Source of the DNA: an uncultured Gammaproteobacteria bacterium
GTDB lineage: Bacteria; Pseudomonadota; Gammaproteobacteria; UBA9214
Direction: 5' to 3'
NCBI GenBank assembly: GCA_963773065.1
Contig: CAVYZN010000006.1
Coordinates: 1-64,000, forward strand
DNA length: 64,000 bases
A program made the translations under genes and the position numbers. Numbering within the stretch: the stretch's first letter is position 1; each line of letters starts with the position of its first letter. Under the pieces are notes generated by a model, which was given only the letters and a program-made list of their open reading frames with translations, was not told where the DNA came from and did no database searches. Below, one piece after another: positions 1 to 11,425 of the stretch.

Positions 1-448
1 GCCGTCAACGTGGGTTGCTCTGCGATGCAGTGCCGAAATCCGAAATGGTCGTGAATCTCTGCGTTTCTTGGAACGGCGTTTCATGCACTACGCAAGGCTG
101 CACCTAACAATGTGCGTGCAATGGCCTTTTGCCCGCACCCTTGCATGCGAAGGTGCTTCCCGTTCGTGGATCCAACCCGTACCTGTGTAGCACGGCGCGT
201 TACTCGGTTGTTTGAACTTCATGTACTTGATGCCTGGTGACCATGCCTTTGCGCACTATAAGAGTGCGTTTGTAGGTCTAGACTGACTTGCTGTTCTAGG
301 TTACGATCACAAACCTTCTTCTTTGTATTACGCTGTGCTGGTAATTCAATTGTAACGAAACTCCGGTAACATAATCCCACGAGGTCCCGTAACCCATCGA
401 CTCTGCCGGTTAACTTAGAACGCTTGACGTTAGCGAATGGAGAATAGA

Positions 449-1711
449 ATGCACAACTGCATTAAAAGATTCACAACAATGGCCACAATGTTTCTTATGG
501 TATTTATGGCAATTGATTGTTTCAGTGCCCCGGCGGTAATCAACGGTTTTGAATTCCGGGCGACAGATCTATGGCGCCGTACGCTGGAGGAATTTTGATA
601 ATTTTGCCGGTGACAACGAAATGCAAATGGGCCTGATTCCGATGAGCCGCCGAATGATACCTTCAACAAAGGTGATTATGCTGGCCTACCGGCAGTTTGA
701 CGTATGTTAAAGTGATTTATGACGGCAACACGACCCTGACAACCCAGGTTGGATCTGCCCCTACGGTGGTTACATATACTCTCGCATAAAAACCACTCGA
801 TCCGGTGAACTATTTAGAGATTGATCGATGCAACTTAATGTGTCGCCGTAAATTCAACACCATCCAGCTCAATGGGGCGAGTCTGGAGTTTCGGGTTTCC
901 TTCCGGATATGAATCTTGCAGTGTTATATTATCGACAAGTAGCCGGCTTATCCTAGAAGGTTATATCCAGTTTACAAATTACCAGTCGGCATTCGATCAG
1001 TCGCTGATACAAATTAGTTTTGGAAATTATGTGCCATCCGCTGCGGACGCGCCGGTCGTATCCAACGTGGCTGCTATTCCTGTCCCGGTATTATTAAACG
1101 GGACCGCGACGGTGACGGCGACTGTCGACGACTCGGGGCATGGCAACAATCTGATCAGCGGCGCCGAGTACAGCCTGAACGGCGGCCCATGGACCGCGAT
1201 GGCCGCACAAGACGGCACATTTGATTCCATCAGCGAAGATGTCGAGGCGACATTTACGGCATCACAGACCGGAAGCAACGAGGTCTGCGTGCGCGGAACT
1301 GACACACTCAACAATGTAAGTAACCCACAATGTCAGACTTTCGCTGTGACATACCAATTTGATGGATTCTTCGAACCCATCGACAACCTGATGATGAACG
1401 TATCAAAAGCCGGGCAAGCCGTGCCTGTGAAGTGGCGACTGACCGACAACAATGGGGCCCCGATCGCGGATCCGGCCAGTTTTGCTGGACTGTGGTCTTA
1501 CCCGATCAGTTGTATCGATGCAAGTTCACTGGCGAGCGATGCGGTGGAAGAATATGCCGCCGGTAGCAGCGGCCTGCAATACAACGGGGACGGCTACTGG
1601 CAATTCAACTGGAAAACGCCCAAGAGTTATGCGAATCAGTGCTTCGCAATGTATGTGCTGTTTGACAGCGGTATAGCTTCTCCGGTGGCCACCTTCAAAT
1701 TCAGAAAGTGA
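449..1711 (+). CDS. Secreted PxKF-domain / Ig-like protein (5' part frameshifted)
   Basis: ORF 872-1711 has an Ig-like segment (GAEYSLNGGPW) and a C-terminal YQFDGFFEPID...GQAVPVKWRL...YWQFNWKTPK domain typical of PxKF proteins. An upstream ATG at 449 after GGAG encodes a signal-peptide-like MHNCIKRFTTMATMFLMVFMAIDCFSA in another frame. Confidence 0.6.
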
Positions 1712-1785
1712 CGGGGGGGCCGGGGCCGGTATTGGCAGCTTACGCGCGGACGGCGTGGGCGCCTACTCTGGCTACCCAGTCGGGT

Positions 1786-1811
1786 GCAGGGGCGGGTTTC
1801 AAACCCGCCCC
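1786..1811. repeat. REP-like palindrome / possible terminator
   Basis: GCAGGGGCGGGTTTCAAACCCGCCCC hairpin downstream of the PxKF gene; resembles GTAG-family REPs. Confidence 0.55.
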
Positions 1812-2046
1812 CCCAATGGCGAAACGCCGGAGGCGGGACAAGTAATGACAGCAAGGGGCGGACCTCGATCTCGCCGTTAGCATAGACCGACCCAACTGCC
1901 AACCGGAAAGTCAAAGGGCACACGGTTATCATGCCACTTCCTTGAGCGGCTGGCAGACGTGATTAGATCCTGTTCTTCCCTACCACAGAAGTCCAGCCCG
2001 GTCCAGGCGAAGACGACCTCGTAGAGCCTGTGTGGCGAATTCCTGT

Positions 2047-2440
2047 TCATGCAGCAATGGGGGGCTGAAAAAGTCCGTTGCAGTGTGATGCCCATGAATA
2101 GTTGCTGAGTTTTGTGCGTAGAGGTTTGTGATCACCGCTAATGACCGCCGACGTCTCTCCGCCTAGCGATTGATGAACCCGGTCTCGGTTGTAGTATTGC
2201 CTGAAGTCCGCGAGCTTTCTCTCCAAGTCAACAGCATTCCAGAATAAAGTGTGGTCAAGGTATTCACGATGAATCGTTACAATCAGTCGCTCAACGAAGG
2301 GATGCGATAGCGGTGTATACGGCACGGTCTTACTCACCTCGACCCCGAGGATTCGCAAGATCGCTCGCTATTGGCGATTCCGGAATAACGGGTCATCGTC
2401 AGAGCTGAGATAGTGTGGAACACCCTGGGTCCAGATAGCT
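2047..2440 (-). pseudogene. Integrase core domain (rve) transposase remnant
   Basis: TVPYTPLSHPFVERLIVTIHREYLDH...YYNRDRVHQSLGGETS is the C-terminal DDE integrase core; the N-terminus is missing. Confidence 0.75.
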
Positions 2441-2667
2441 ATGTTGAATAGGCGACACAGGGCAACACCATCGACATCGCCAGCATGGACGCCAACGGCG
2501 TCCTGGGTACTGGTGCTGAGCGCTTCGGCAGCAGGAAAAGAACGAATGTTATGACCTCGTTGGCCGTCTGCGGAGGGATGTGCGCTGGGCCGGTCGCGAC
2601 CGGGGGAATCACGCCCGCGTCGTTGGTGTATCGCGGGGTGTTCACCGCTCCGAGGCGATGGACCCGA

Positions 2668-2864
2668 GGCTCGAACTGCAGGGAGACACGACTACAGGGA
2701 TGGAGGAGGTAGGGTAACGCAAGAGCAGTTACCGAGGAGGTAGGGCAAAGCTTCCGCATGACCCACATAGATGTGGGAAATGCAGACAGTGCAGGAGCAA
2801 CTGTCTACACTGCTCCCTGCCTCGCATGCATCCCTGCCGGCGAGGCAGGGAGCAGTTGCCGAGG
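2668..2864. repeat. Nested CAGGGATG-type double-hairpin repeat cluster
   Basis: Contains CGACTACAGGGATGGAGGAGGTAGGGTAACGCAAGAGCAGTTACCGA, nearly identical to 18912-18959, inside a paralogous unit. Confidence 0.8.
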
Positions 2865-2961
2865 ACGTCAGGTGGTAACCGACAATTGATGCCAGAAATT
2901 CCTCATCGTTCCGTGTTATTCCGTTGCCATGATTCCATGCATGCACGATGCACGCCATGTC

Positions 2962-4225
2962 TCACGTCTGCAGATAGTGATCGATCATCCCCAGCACCGT
3001 CGCCAGCGCGCCGCGGTTCTGCTCGACCGCTATCCGGCCCTGGTCGCCCACCCGGTGGCGTTCACCGCTATCCTGCAGCCAGCAGCGGACGGTATCCTGC
3101 AGCTCCGCCGTATTCGCCACCTGGCGGCAGGCACCGGCCTTGAGCAGCAACCGGCAGATCCCGGAAAAATTGGACACGTGCGGGCCGGTCACCACCGGTA
3201 TACCCAAGGCGGCCGGTTCCAGCATGTTATGCCCGCCGGCATCAACCAGGCTGCCGCCCACGAAGGCGACATCCGCGGCGGCATAAAACAGCAGCAATTC
3301 GCCCATTGAATCGCCGATGAAAACGGCGGTATCCGGCGCGCAGGCCAGGCGCTCGCTGCGCAACACACAGCGGTAGCCGCGGTGGCGGCACAGCTCGACG
3401 ACGCCGGCAAATCGCTCCGGATGGCGGGGGACCAGCACCAGCAGACAGTCGCTGATTGTCTTGCGAAGCTCCCTGTATACGTCGAGGATCAGCTCGTCTT
3501 CACCCTCGTGGGTGCTGCCGGCGATCCACACGGGGCGCCCCACGCCCCAATCCAGGCGCACCAGCGCGGCCTTTTCATGCAGACCGGGTGGTATGTGCAG
3601 TTCGAATTTCAGGTTGCCCGACACCTTGATCCTGTCGGGATCGGCGCCCAGCGACCGGAAGTGTTCCGCATCCAGCGGCGTCCGGGCCATGATCTGTGTG
3701 ACGTCCTCAAGCGTCTTGCCGATCAGCTTGCGGAACCGCCGGTAGCCGGCCAGCGACGTTTCCAGAGGCGTGCATTGACCAGCAACAGCGGAATGTTCTT
3801 CCTGCGGCAGGCCCGGAAGAGGTTCGGCCACAGCTCGGTTTCCATGACGATGGCCAGTCGCGGGCGGACGCGATCGATAAAACGCGCCACCACATCGGGC
3901 AGATCATACGGGGCATAGACGTGCGCGACCTCGCCATCAAACAGTTCCGCTACATGCGCCGCGCCGGTTGGAGTAACTGTCGTCATGAGGAGGAATACTC
4001 CGGGTACTGGTCAAGCAGCGCCCGGATCATGGATTCGGCCGCCTGTACCTCGCCCACCGACACGGCGTGTATCCAAATGACTCGCTCGCCCACGGCGGGA
4101 TGGATAGCGCCGAAGCGTTCCGCCCAGCACTGCCGATAATCCGGATAACGCAGGCAGCGCCAGACCAGGCGCAGCAGCACCAGCGGCGCCAGCAGGTATA
4201 ACAGGGCGGTGTAGAGCGTTCTCAA
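2962..4225 (-). CDS. waaA: Kdo transferase (split over 3 frames)
   Basis: IWIHAVSVGE, ETELWPN, WIAGSTHEGE, VPRHPERF, GGHNMLEPA motifs across ORFs 3983-4225, 3723-3986 and 2962-3831. Confidence 0.93.
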
Positions 4226-4288
4226 GATGGGTCGGTGTGAGCGGCAACGATGGCGCGAACCGCATTTCCCGTGCCGCCGCGCCCGCCG

Positions 4289-5239
4289 TTATCCATGTTC
4301 ACTCAGCCACTTCATATACAGCGGGACGCCCTCCTCGACGGAACGGAACGGTGTCTCGTATCCCGCCGCGCGCAGGGCCGTCAGATCGGCCTGCGTATGA
4401 CTCTGGTAATGGCCGCGCAGGTGGTCCGGAAAGGGAATGTATTCGATCTCGCCCCGGCCGTACCAGCCGATCACCGCGTTGGCTACGTCATTAAAGCTGT
4501 GGGAGGATCCGGTGCCGAGATTGAAAATCCCGGATTTATCGGGATGGTCGAGGAACCAGAGATTGACGTCCACAACGTCGTCCACGTACACAAAATCACG
4601 GCGCTGCTCGCCATCGGCGTAGCCGTCACAGCCCTTGAACAGGCGCGCTTGCCCGGCAGTGTCGAGCTGCCTGCTCAAATGCCAGGCCACGCTGGCCATG
4701 CCGCCCTTGTGCTGTTCCCGGGGTCCGTACACATTGAAGTAGCGGAAACCCGCAATCTGGCTCCTCGCCATGGGCAGGATCCGCCGCACATGCTGGTCGA
4801 ACAGGAATTTGGAATACCCGTAGACGTTGAGCGGGGCCTCGTATTCGCGGGATTCGCCGAACACATCGCCGCCTCCATACACCGCCGCCGATGAGGCGTA
4901 GAGAAACGCCGCCTCATGCTCAAGGCAGAACTGCAACAGCCGCCGGGAATACGCGTAGTTGTTTTTCATGAGGTAGCGGCCATCCCGCTCCGTGGTGCTG
5001 GTACAGGCGCCCTGGTGAAAAACCGCCTCGACCGGGACACCCGGCCCCGCGCAATCCTGCGGCGTCGCGATGAAATCATCCTTGTCGATGAAATCGAGAA
5101 TCTCGCAGTCGACAAGATTGCGGGATTTCGCGCCGTCCGTCAGATCATCCACCACCAGAATATCCTCGCGGCCCCGCGCGTTGAGCCCCTTGACGATATT
5201 GCTGCCGATGAACCCGGCCCCACCCGTGACGATGATCAT
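4289..5239 (-). CDS. hldD: ADP-L-glycero-D-manno-heptose 6-epimerase
   Basis: [53 protein letters not shown]. Confidence 0.96.
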   Translation of the reverse strand: MIIVTGGAGFIGSNIVKGLNARGREDILVVDDLTDGAKSRNLVDCEILDFIDKDDFIATPQDCAGPGVPVEAVFHQGACTSTTERDGRYLMKNNYAYSRRLLQFCLEHEAAFLYASSAAVYGGGDVFGESREYEAPLNVYGYSKFLFDQHVRRILPMARSQIAGFRYFNVYGPREQHKGGMASVAWHLSRQLDTAGQARLFKGCDGYADGEQRRDFVYVDDVVDVNLWFLDHPDKSGIFNLGTGSSHSFNDVANAVIGWYGRGEIEYIPFPDHLRGHYQSHTQADLTALRAAGYETPFRSVEEGVPLYMKWLSEHG

Positions 5240-5274
5240 TTAGTTTTGGCTGATGTATTTGTCAGAAACATATA

Positions 5275-5421
5275 TTCACCGCAAAGACGCAAAGTACACA
5301 AAGGATAAATCTAATGAAACATCTATCAAACAATAAGTGGTCGGAATAATGCCGCTGTATTACCTATGTGTGAATTTGTTATTTATTCGATTCTCTGCGT
5401 TCTTTGCGTCTTTGCGGTGAA
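5275..5421. mobile_element. MITE-like element with 29-bp nonamer-repeat TIRs
   Basis: TTCACCGCAAAGACGCAAAGTACACAAAG ... CTCTGCGTTCTTTGCGTCTTTGCGGTGAA around an AT-rich core, between hldE and hldD. Confidence 0.75.
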
Positions 5422-5433
5422 AACCGTATTTTC

Positions 5434-6873
5434 TTACGACTTTCGCGATTCCCGCTGCCGGATGGTCTCGATCAGCGCGCTGGTCGAGCAGCCGTCCTCA
5501 TAGCCCAGCACCACGACCTCGCCGCCATTCCTGCTCACGCAGTCGAAACCGGCGATCTGCTCCGGGCGGTAATCACCGCCCTTGACCAGCACGTCGGGGC
5601 CGATCTCGCCGATCAGCCGCTCCGGCGTATCCTCCGAAAACGGAACAACCCAGTCAACGCTCTCCAGGCCGGCCAGCACCGCCATGCGCCGTGCCAGCGG
5701 GTTCAACGGGCGGCCGTTCCCCTTGAGCCGGGTGACGGAGGCATCGTCATTCACGGCGACGATCAGCCGGTCACCCAGGCGCCTCGCCTCACGCAGACAG
5801 GCGACGTGGCCCGCATGCAGGAGATCGAAGCAGCCGTTGGTCATGACGATCCGTTCGCCGCGCGCGCGGGCATTCGCGACCGCGGCCAGCAGTTGTTCCC
5901 GGCTCAAATCCCCGTAACCGGCGCGCTGCGCCCGCTGCGCGCCGCGGCGCAATTCGGACACGCTGACGTTGGCCGTGCCGAGCTTGCCCACCACGATGCC
6001 GGCGGCCAGATTAGACAGCGCGGTCGCTACCGGCAGGTCGGCGCCCGCGGCCAGCGCGGCGGCCAGCACCGCGATGACCGTGTCACCCGCGCCCGTCACA
6101 TCGAAGACCTCGCGCGCCTCGGCCGGCAGGTACAGCGGCGCTTCATCCCGGCGCAACAGGGTCATGCCCTGCTCGCCGCGCGTCACCAGCAGGGCGTCGA
6201 TCGCGTAGCGGGCAAGCAGGGCGCAGCCGCGCTCGCACAGCGTCCGTTCATCGGCGCACGGCCCTGCCGCGAGCTCGAATTCCGCCAGGTTGGGGGTAAT
6301 GACGCTCGCGCCCCGGTAACGCGAGAAATCGGGCGCCTTGGGATCGATGAGGACCGGCTTGCCCGCCTGCCGCGCCGCCGCGATCAGCCCGCCGACCTGC
6401 GCCAGTGTTCCCTTGCCGTAATCCGAGAGCACCACGACATCACAGCCGGCGAGCCCCTGGCGAAACTCGCGCAGCAGGCGCTCGGTGTCGATGTCCTGGA
6501 AACGGTCTTCGAAATCCAGGCGGATCAGTTGCTGATGACGGCTGATCACCCGCAACTTGGTCACCGTGGGGGCATGCGGGAGTTTCTGGAAACGGCATTC
6601 AATACCGGCTGCGGCGAGTTGCGCCTCGAGCGAGGCGGCGGCCTCGTCCTCGCCGGTCACCCCGAGCAGTCGGGTGCGGGCGCCGAGCGCCGCGGTATTG
6701 AGCGCCACGTTGGCGGCTCCACCGGGTCGTTCCTCGGTCTTTCCGACATGCACCACCGGCACCGGCGCTTCCGGTGAGATTCTGGAGGTGGTGCCATGCC
6801 AGTAACGGTCCAGCATGACATCCCCGACGATCAAAACCCGCCCCTGGTCAAAGGAAGGGATAGGCAGCTTCAT
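5434..6873 (-). CDS. hldE: Bifunctional heptose-7-phosphate kinase / heptose-1-phosphate adenylyltransferase
   Basis: [49 protein letters not shown]; start placed at MKLPIPSF. Confidence 0.96.
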   Translation of the reverse strand: MKLPIPSFDQGRVLIVGDVMLDRYWHGTTSRISPEAPVPVVHVGKTEERPGGAANVALNTAALGARTRLLGVTGEDEAAASLEAQLAAAGIECRFQKLPHAPTVTKLRVISRHQQLIRLDFEDRFQDIDTERLLREFRQGLAGCDVVVLSDYGKGTLAQVGGLIAAARQAGKPVLIDPKAPDFSRYRGASVITPNLAEFELAAGPCADERTLCERGCALLARYAIDALLVTRGEQGMTLLRRDEAPLYLPAEAREVFDVTGAGDTVIAVLAAALAAGADLPVATALSNLAAGIVVGKLGTANVSVSELRRGAQRAQRAGYGDLSREQLLAAVANARARGERIVMTNGCFDLLHAGHVACLREARRLGDRLIVAVNDDASVTRLKGNGRPLNPLARRMAVLAGLESVDWVVPFSEDTPERLIGEIGPDVLVKGGDYRPEQIAGFDCVSRNGGEVVVLGYEDGCSTSALIETIRQRESRKS

Positions 6874-6983
6874 GACAGCATCAACCCGGCGCCTCAGTGA
6901 TTGCGGCAATAATAGCACAGGCCTTTCATGCCATAATTACGGCCATCCCATCCGCAAGGACCCGACATCAGCCGGTAAACACC

Positions 6984-7919
6984 ATGCCCGCACTGAGCGA
7001 AGCCTGCCGGTCCGAACGCCGCGCCCGCTACCGCCCGCGCCACGGGATCACCTGGCTGGCGGCTGGACTGCTGTGGTGCGTAACCCGGCTGCCCTATGCC
7101 TGGCAACTGGCCATCGGGCGGGGTCTGGGACATCTCATCCGGCTGCTGGCGAGGGAGCGCCGGCACATTGCCCTGACCAATCTCAGCCTGTGCTTCCCGG
7201 CGCTCTCCGAGAGCGAGCGCCAGCGACTGCTGGATGCCCACTTCGCCTCGCTCGGCATCGCGCTGGTCGAAACGGCGCTCGGCTGGTGGGGGTCCGAACG
7301 CCGGCTCAGAGGCCTGGTGACGGTCAACGGGCTCGAGCATCTTGAGGCCGCCCTGTGCCGGGGCCGGGGCGCCATCCTGCTCAGCGCCCATTTCACCACC
7401 CTGGAGATCGGCGGCCGGCTGTTGTCGCTGCATGCGCCCTTTCACGTGCTCTACCGCTCCCACAAGAATCCGGTCGTCGAGACCCTGCAGCGGGCGGCGC
7501 GCCGCCGGTTGTTCGAAAAGGCCATTCCGCGCGATGATCTGCGCGCGATGCTGGAAAGTCTGAAACAGAACCGGCCGGTGTGGTATGCCCCCGACCAGGA
7601 TTTCGGCAGCGCCAACAGCGTGTTCGTGCCCTTCTTCGGCATACCCGCCGCCACCCTGACCGCGACCTCGCGCCTCGCCCGGGTCAGCGGCGCGCCGGTG
7701 GTGCCCTTCTTTCCGCGGCGCCTGCCCGGCGCGCGCGGCTATGAACTCACCCTGCTCCCGGCGCTGGAGGGCTTCCCGGGCGAAGACATCGAACGAGACA
7801 CGCGCCGCCTCATGGCCCTCGTCGAGGAACGCATCCGGCAACAGCCGGAACAGTACCTGTGGGTGCACCGGCGTTTCAAAACCCGCCCGCCGGGCGAACC
7901 ACCCGTGTATGGCGGCTAG
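6984..7919 (+). CDS. lpxL: Lipid A lauroyl/palmitoleoyl acyltransferase (LpxL/LpxP family)
   Basis: HFTTLE, WYAPDQDFG, FVPFFG, PEQYLWVHRRFKTRP. Confidence 0.9.
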   Translation: MPALSEACRSERRARYRPRHGITWLAAGLLWCVTRLPYAWQLAIGRGLGHLIRLLARERRHIALTNLSLCFPALSESERQRLLDAHFASLGIALVETALGWWGSERRLRGLVTVNGLEHLEAALCRGRGAILLSAHFTTLEIGGRLLSLHAPFHVLYRSHKNPVVETLQRAARRRLFEKAIPRDDLRAMLESLKQNRPVWYAPDQDFGSANSVFVPFFGIPAATLTATSRLARVSGAPVVPFFPRRLPGARGYELTLLPALEGFPGEDIERDTRRLMALVEERIRQQPEQYLWVHRRFKTRPPGEPPVYGG

Positions 7920-7925
7920 TCCATG

Positions 7926-8074
7926 TTCACCGCAAAGACGCAAAGAACGCAAAGTGAGACATACATAAAAACGGCTACAGCAATCGGCGGTTTTGCGCCG
8001 AGCCTTCAGGCCAACCATCATGGCATTCATGAATGAAAATATTTCCTTTGCGTACTTGGCGTCTTTGCGGTGAG
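7926..8074. mobile_element. MITE-like element with 29-bp nonamer-repeat TIRs (second copy)
   Basis: TTCACCGCAAAGACGCAAAGAACGCAAAG ... CTTTGCGTACTTGGCGTCTTTGCGGTGAG; same ends as 5275-5421, different core. Confidence 0.75.
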
Positions 8075-9043
8075 TAATTCCGTTAGTCAAACCAGCGTCC
8101 CCATTTCCAACCACCCTGATCCGGTGCGCCATATCCTGCTGGTGACGCTCAGCAACATCGGCGATGCGCTGATGACCACGCCGGTCATGGAGGCGCTGCA
8201 CGGGAAGCATCCCCAGGCGATGATGGACATCGTCGCCGATCCACGCTCCAGCGAATTGTTCGCGCACTGCCCCTACCTGCACCGCGTGATACATCGCGAC
8301 AAGTCGCAGGGCTGGCGGGGCAGCCTCGCCCTGGTGCGGGAACTCCGGCGTTCGCCGACTATGACCTGATCGTCGATCTGCGCACGGACGGACTGGCCTG
8401 GCTGCTGCGCGCCCGCCGGCGTCTGACCCGCCGGGGCGCCCGCCGGTCACAGGGACATGCGGTGGAACGCCACATGAGCGTCATCCGGCGGCACACGGAA
8501 AATGCCGGGATCCCGCCCACCCGCATCTGGCTTACCGAGCTAGAACAGGAATTCGCAAATCAGGCGCTCGCCGGTCTGCCCGGCCGGCGCTGGCTGGGCC
8601 TGGGCACAGGCGCGCGCTGGGAACCCAAGCGCTGGCCGCCCGGCCATTTCCGGGAACTGGTGGCAAGCCGTCGGGAGGCATTCGATGCCGTCGTGCTGCT
8701 CGGCGGTCGCGCCGATGAGGGCATATGCCGGGCGATCGCCGACGGCCTCTCCCTGCCCTGCCTCGACCTCGCCGGCAGAACCGGCCTGCTCGAAGCGGCG
8801 GCGGTGCTCGCGCGCATGCAGCTCTTCATCGGCAACGATTCCGGGCTCGGACATCTCGCCGCCGCGGCCGGCATCCCCACACTGACGCTGTTCGGCCCCG
8901 GCGAGCCGGCGCGCTATCGCCCGTGGAATCCCCGGGGACGCTGGCTGCAGAGCCCGACACGGCGCATCACCGACCTGCATGTCTCACGGGTCGCGGAAGA
9001 ACTCACTGCCCTGCTGCGGGAATCAGAGACCTCTGCGGGCTAA
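8070..9043 (+). CDS. GT9 heptosyltransferase-family glycosyltransferase (frameshift ~8350)
   Basis: ILLVTLSNIGDALMTTP, KRWP, IGNDSGLGHLAAAAGIPTLTLFGP. Confidence 0.88.
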
Positions 9044-10047
9044 AGCCGTCCATCCGCCGCGAGGCGCGCGAGCACCTGCCCGGGCGTCAGTTCACTCAGG
9101 CAGCGGTGACCAAACCCGGGGGGACAGACCGGCCGGTGGCAGGGGCTGCAGGGTACCGGGTTGAGCAGCACCCGCTCCGCCTGTCCCAGGCCGTGACTGC
9201 GCCGCCAGTCGGTTGGCCCGAACAGGGCATACACCGGCAGCGGGGACGCCGACAGGACATGCATGGGGGCGGAGTCATTGACGACGGCAAACTCGGCCCG
9301 GCGCCCCAGCGCCGCCAGTTCCACGAGGCTGAATTCGCCCGTGGCGTCCGTCCCGGCCTGCCGGGCGAGCCGCCGGTTCAGGGTGCTGTCCTCATCGGCG
9401 CCGATCCAGATCACGGCAAAGCCCCGGTCCTCAAGCGCGGCGGCCAGGGCCGCGTAGTGCGCCTCCTCCCAGCGCTTGGAAGGCCAGCGCTCGCTGGACC
9501 CGGCGTGCAGCAACACCCGCCGGCGCTGCGCCAGGCCATGGCGTTCCAGCCAGGCAACCACCTTCGCCTCGGCCGCGGCCGTTGCCGGCAGCCACGCCCG
9601 CGGCGGGGCGGGATCGATTCCGGCCGCCTCCAGCAGGCGGTTCAACTCCTCGAAGGCGTGGCCTGCCTCGCCGCCGGGCATGGGTGCATGCGTATAGGCA
9701 AACCCCGGCCGGCGGCCGATGCGCTGGCGGGCGCCCGAACACCGGGTCATGAGGCGGCTGCGCAGCGACCCCTGCAGGTCGAACACCACGGCGAACCGGC
9801 TCCGGCGCAGCCAGGCCAGCACGCGCCACATCTCGGCAAAGCCGCGCCGCCGGAAGGCAACCACGTCCAGTCCGGGAAGTCCCCGGACCAGTCCGGCAGA
9901 GTCCGGGGCCGTCAGCAGGGTCACGCGCGCCTCCGGATAGGCCGCGACGATGGCCCGGATATGGGGCGTGGCCAGCACCACATCGCCGAGGGCGCCCAGC
10001 TTGATGATGAGAATGCGGTTACCGCCAGCCACGGCCGTTACGCTTAG
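9040..10047 (-). CDS. GT9 heptosyltransferase-family glycosyltransferase
   Basis: RILIIKLGALGDVVLATP, DLQGSLRS, SKRW, VNDSAPMHV, LFGPTD; start approximate. Confidence 0.88.
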   Translation of the reverse strand, partial: LSVTAVAGGNRILIIKLGALGDVVLATPHIRAIVAAYPEARVTLLTAPDSAGLVRGLPGLDVVAFRRRGFAEMWRVLAWLRRSRFAVVFDLQGSLRSRLMTRCSGARQRIGRRPGFAYTHAPMPGGEAGHAFEELNRLLEAAGIDPAPPRAWLPATAAAEAKVVAWLERHGLAQRRRVLLHAGSSERWPSKRWEEAHYAALAAALEDRGFAVIWIGADEDSTLNRRLARQAGTDATGEFSLVELAALGRRAEFAVVNDSAPMHVLSASPLPVYALFGPTDWRRSHGLGQAERVLLNPVPCSPCHRPVCPPGFGHRCLSELTPGQVLARLAADGRL

Positions 10048-10288
10048 CGATACTACGTTGACCAAAATGCCGATCGAATGGCCGAGGAATCGAAGAACGC
10101 AGAGAGTACAAGCTGTGAAAACGTGCCTGAACGCTCGACGAAAGCACACGTTCGTCCAGTGGTAATTCACGTACTGTCGCCACGAGAGTGATTTACTCGA
10201 CATTTTCAGCGTTTCAGCTTCACATGTTCATCCGTGTGCTTCCGGTAGGCTCATGATTTCGATGCCAGACGGGTTCCATAGGTCAGGG

Positions 10289-11425
10289 TCAACGCCGGTA
10301 CTCGGCCATTTCCTGGTACACATCGAGCGTGGCTGACAGCATCTTCTCCAGCGTGTAGAGACGGTTGACCGCCGGACGCGGGGCAGTGGCATACCATTCG
10401 GCCAGTCGCCCGCGGATCGCCGCGACGTCACCGACCGCCACGGCGCCCTCGGGAAACAGCGCCGCGAGCTGCTCGCCGACCCCGCCGTGCGCATAAGCGG
10501 CCACCGGGCGGCCGAGGCTCAGGGCTTCGGTGACGGTCCGCCCAAAGGCCTCGGGATGCCGCGCCAGGGAAACCACCGCGCCGGAGATGGCCAGGATCTC
10601 GCGCAGGTCATCGCGGTAACCGGTCAGGGTGATTGCATCCTCCAGGCCGGCCGCCGCGATCCGGCGCCGGCATTCAGCCATAAAGCCGGCTTCCCGGCCC
10701 GCCGGAATGGCGCCGACGATCAGGCCGTGCACCGGGATGCCTGTCTGTTTCAGACCCCGAACGACGGCAATGAAATCCGGCACCCCCTTGCGGTGCGTCA
10801 GGCGCCCGGGCAGCGTGACGACATAGCGATCCCGCGTTCGGGGGTATTGACGGTACCAGCCCGCCAGCCATCCCGGGGCCGGGGTATAACCGGCGGGGTA
10901 CTCGGCGGTATCCACGCCGCGGTGAATGACGGCTACCCGCTCCGGCGCCACCCCGGGGTAATTGGCGAGTATGTAGTCACGCGCGGCTTCGGATACCGCG
11001 ATGATTTGTTCGCCTCTCGTCATGACGGCACTGTAGGGACTGACCGAATACAGACCGTGCACCGTGGTGAGGAAACGCGGCCGGCGTTCGGGGGGCAGGC
11101 CGCGCCAGGCGAGCCACGCCACCCAGGCCGGCAGGCGGGAGCGGGCATGCAGGATGGCGACGTTTTCCTCGATCAGCAGCCGCCGGAGACGCCCGACCCA
11201 GCGCAGCGTCAGCGGCGACTTGCGGCCGATCGGCCAGGCGATATGCCGGGAGCCGGCCGCCTCCAGCCGGGCGACGTGGCGACCGGCGGCGGAAATCACC
11301 AGCGACCGGTGCCCCCGTTGCGCCAGGGCCGCGGCGACTTCCAGGGTGCCGCGCTCAACGCCGCCGCCATCGAGCGCCGGCAACACCTGGACGACCGTCA
11401 GGGTTGGCTTGATGATGCCCCCCAC
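10289..11425 (-). CDS. GT4 glycosyltransferase
   Basis: VVQVLPALDGGGVERGT, HARSRLPAW, PEAFGRTVTEALSLG in the C-terminal half of ORF 10289-12493. Confidence 0.88.
   Translation of the reverse strand: MGGIIKPTLTVVQVLPALDGGGVERGTLEVAAALAQRGHRSLVISAAGRHVARLEAAGSRHIAWPIGRKSPLTLRWVGRLRRLLIEENVAILHARSRLPAWVAWLAWRGLPPERRPRFLTTVHGLYSVSPYSAVMTRGEQIIAVSEAARDYILANYPGVAPERVAVIHRGVDTAEYPAGYTPAPGWLAGWYRQYPRTRDRYVVTLPGRLTHRKGVPDFIAVVRGLKQTGIPVHGLIVGAIPAGREAGFMAECRRRIAAAGLEDAITLTGYRDDLREILAISGAVVSLARHPEAFGRTVTEALSLGRPVAAYAHGGVGEQLAALFPEGAVAVGDVAAIRGRLAEWYATAPRPAVNRLYTLEKMLSATLDVYQEMAEYRR

Noticed and set aside
95-436. attC site or integron array at the window start
   Set aside because: ACCTAAC (~102) and GTTAGCG (~429) are too far apart, with no clear paired L boxes and no integron integrase.
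5404-6777. Long antisense ORFs (e.g. 5404-6777, 6894-8450, 18736-20127, 19715-21121, 29210-30610)
   Set aside because: Shadow ORFs opposite well-supported GC-rich genes; no recognisable motifs.
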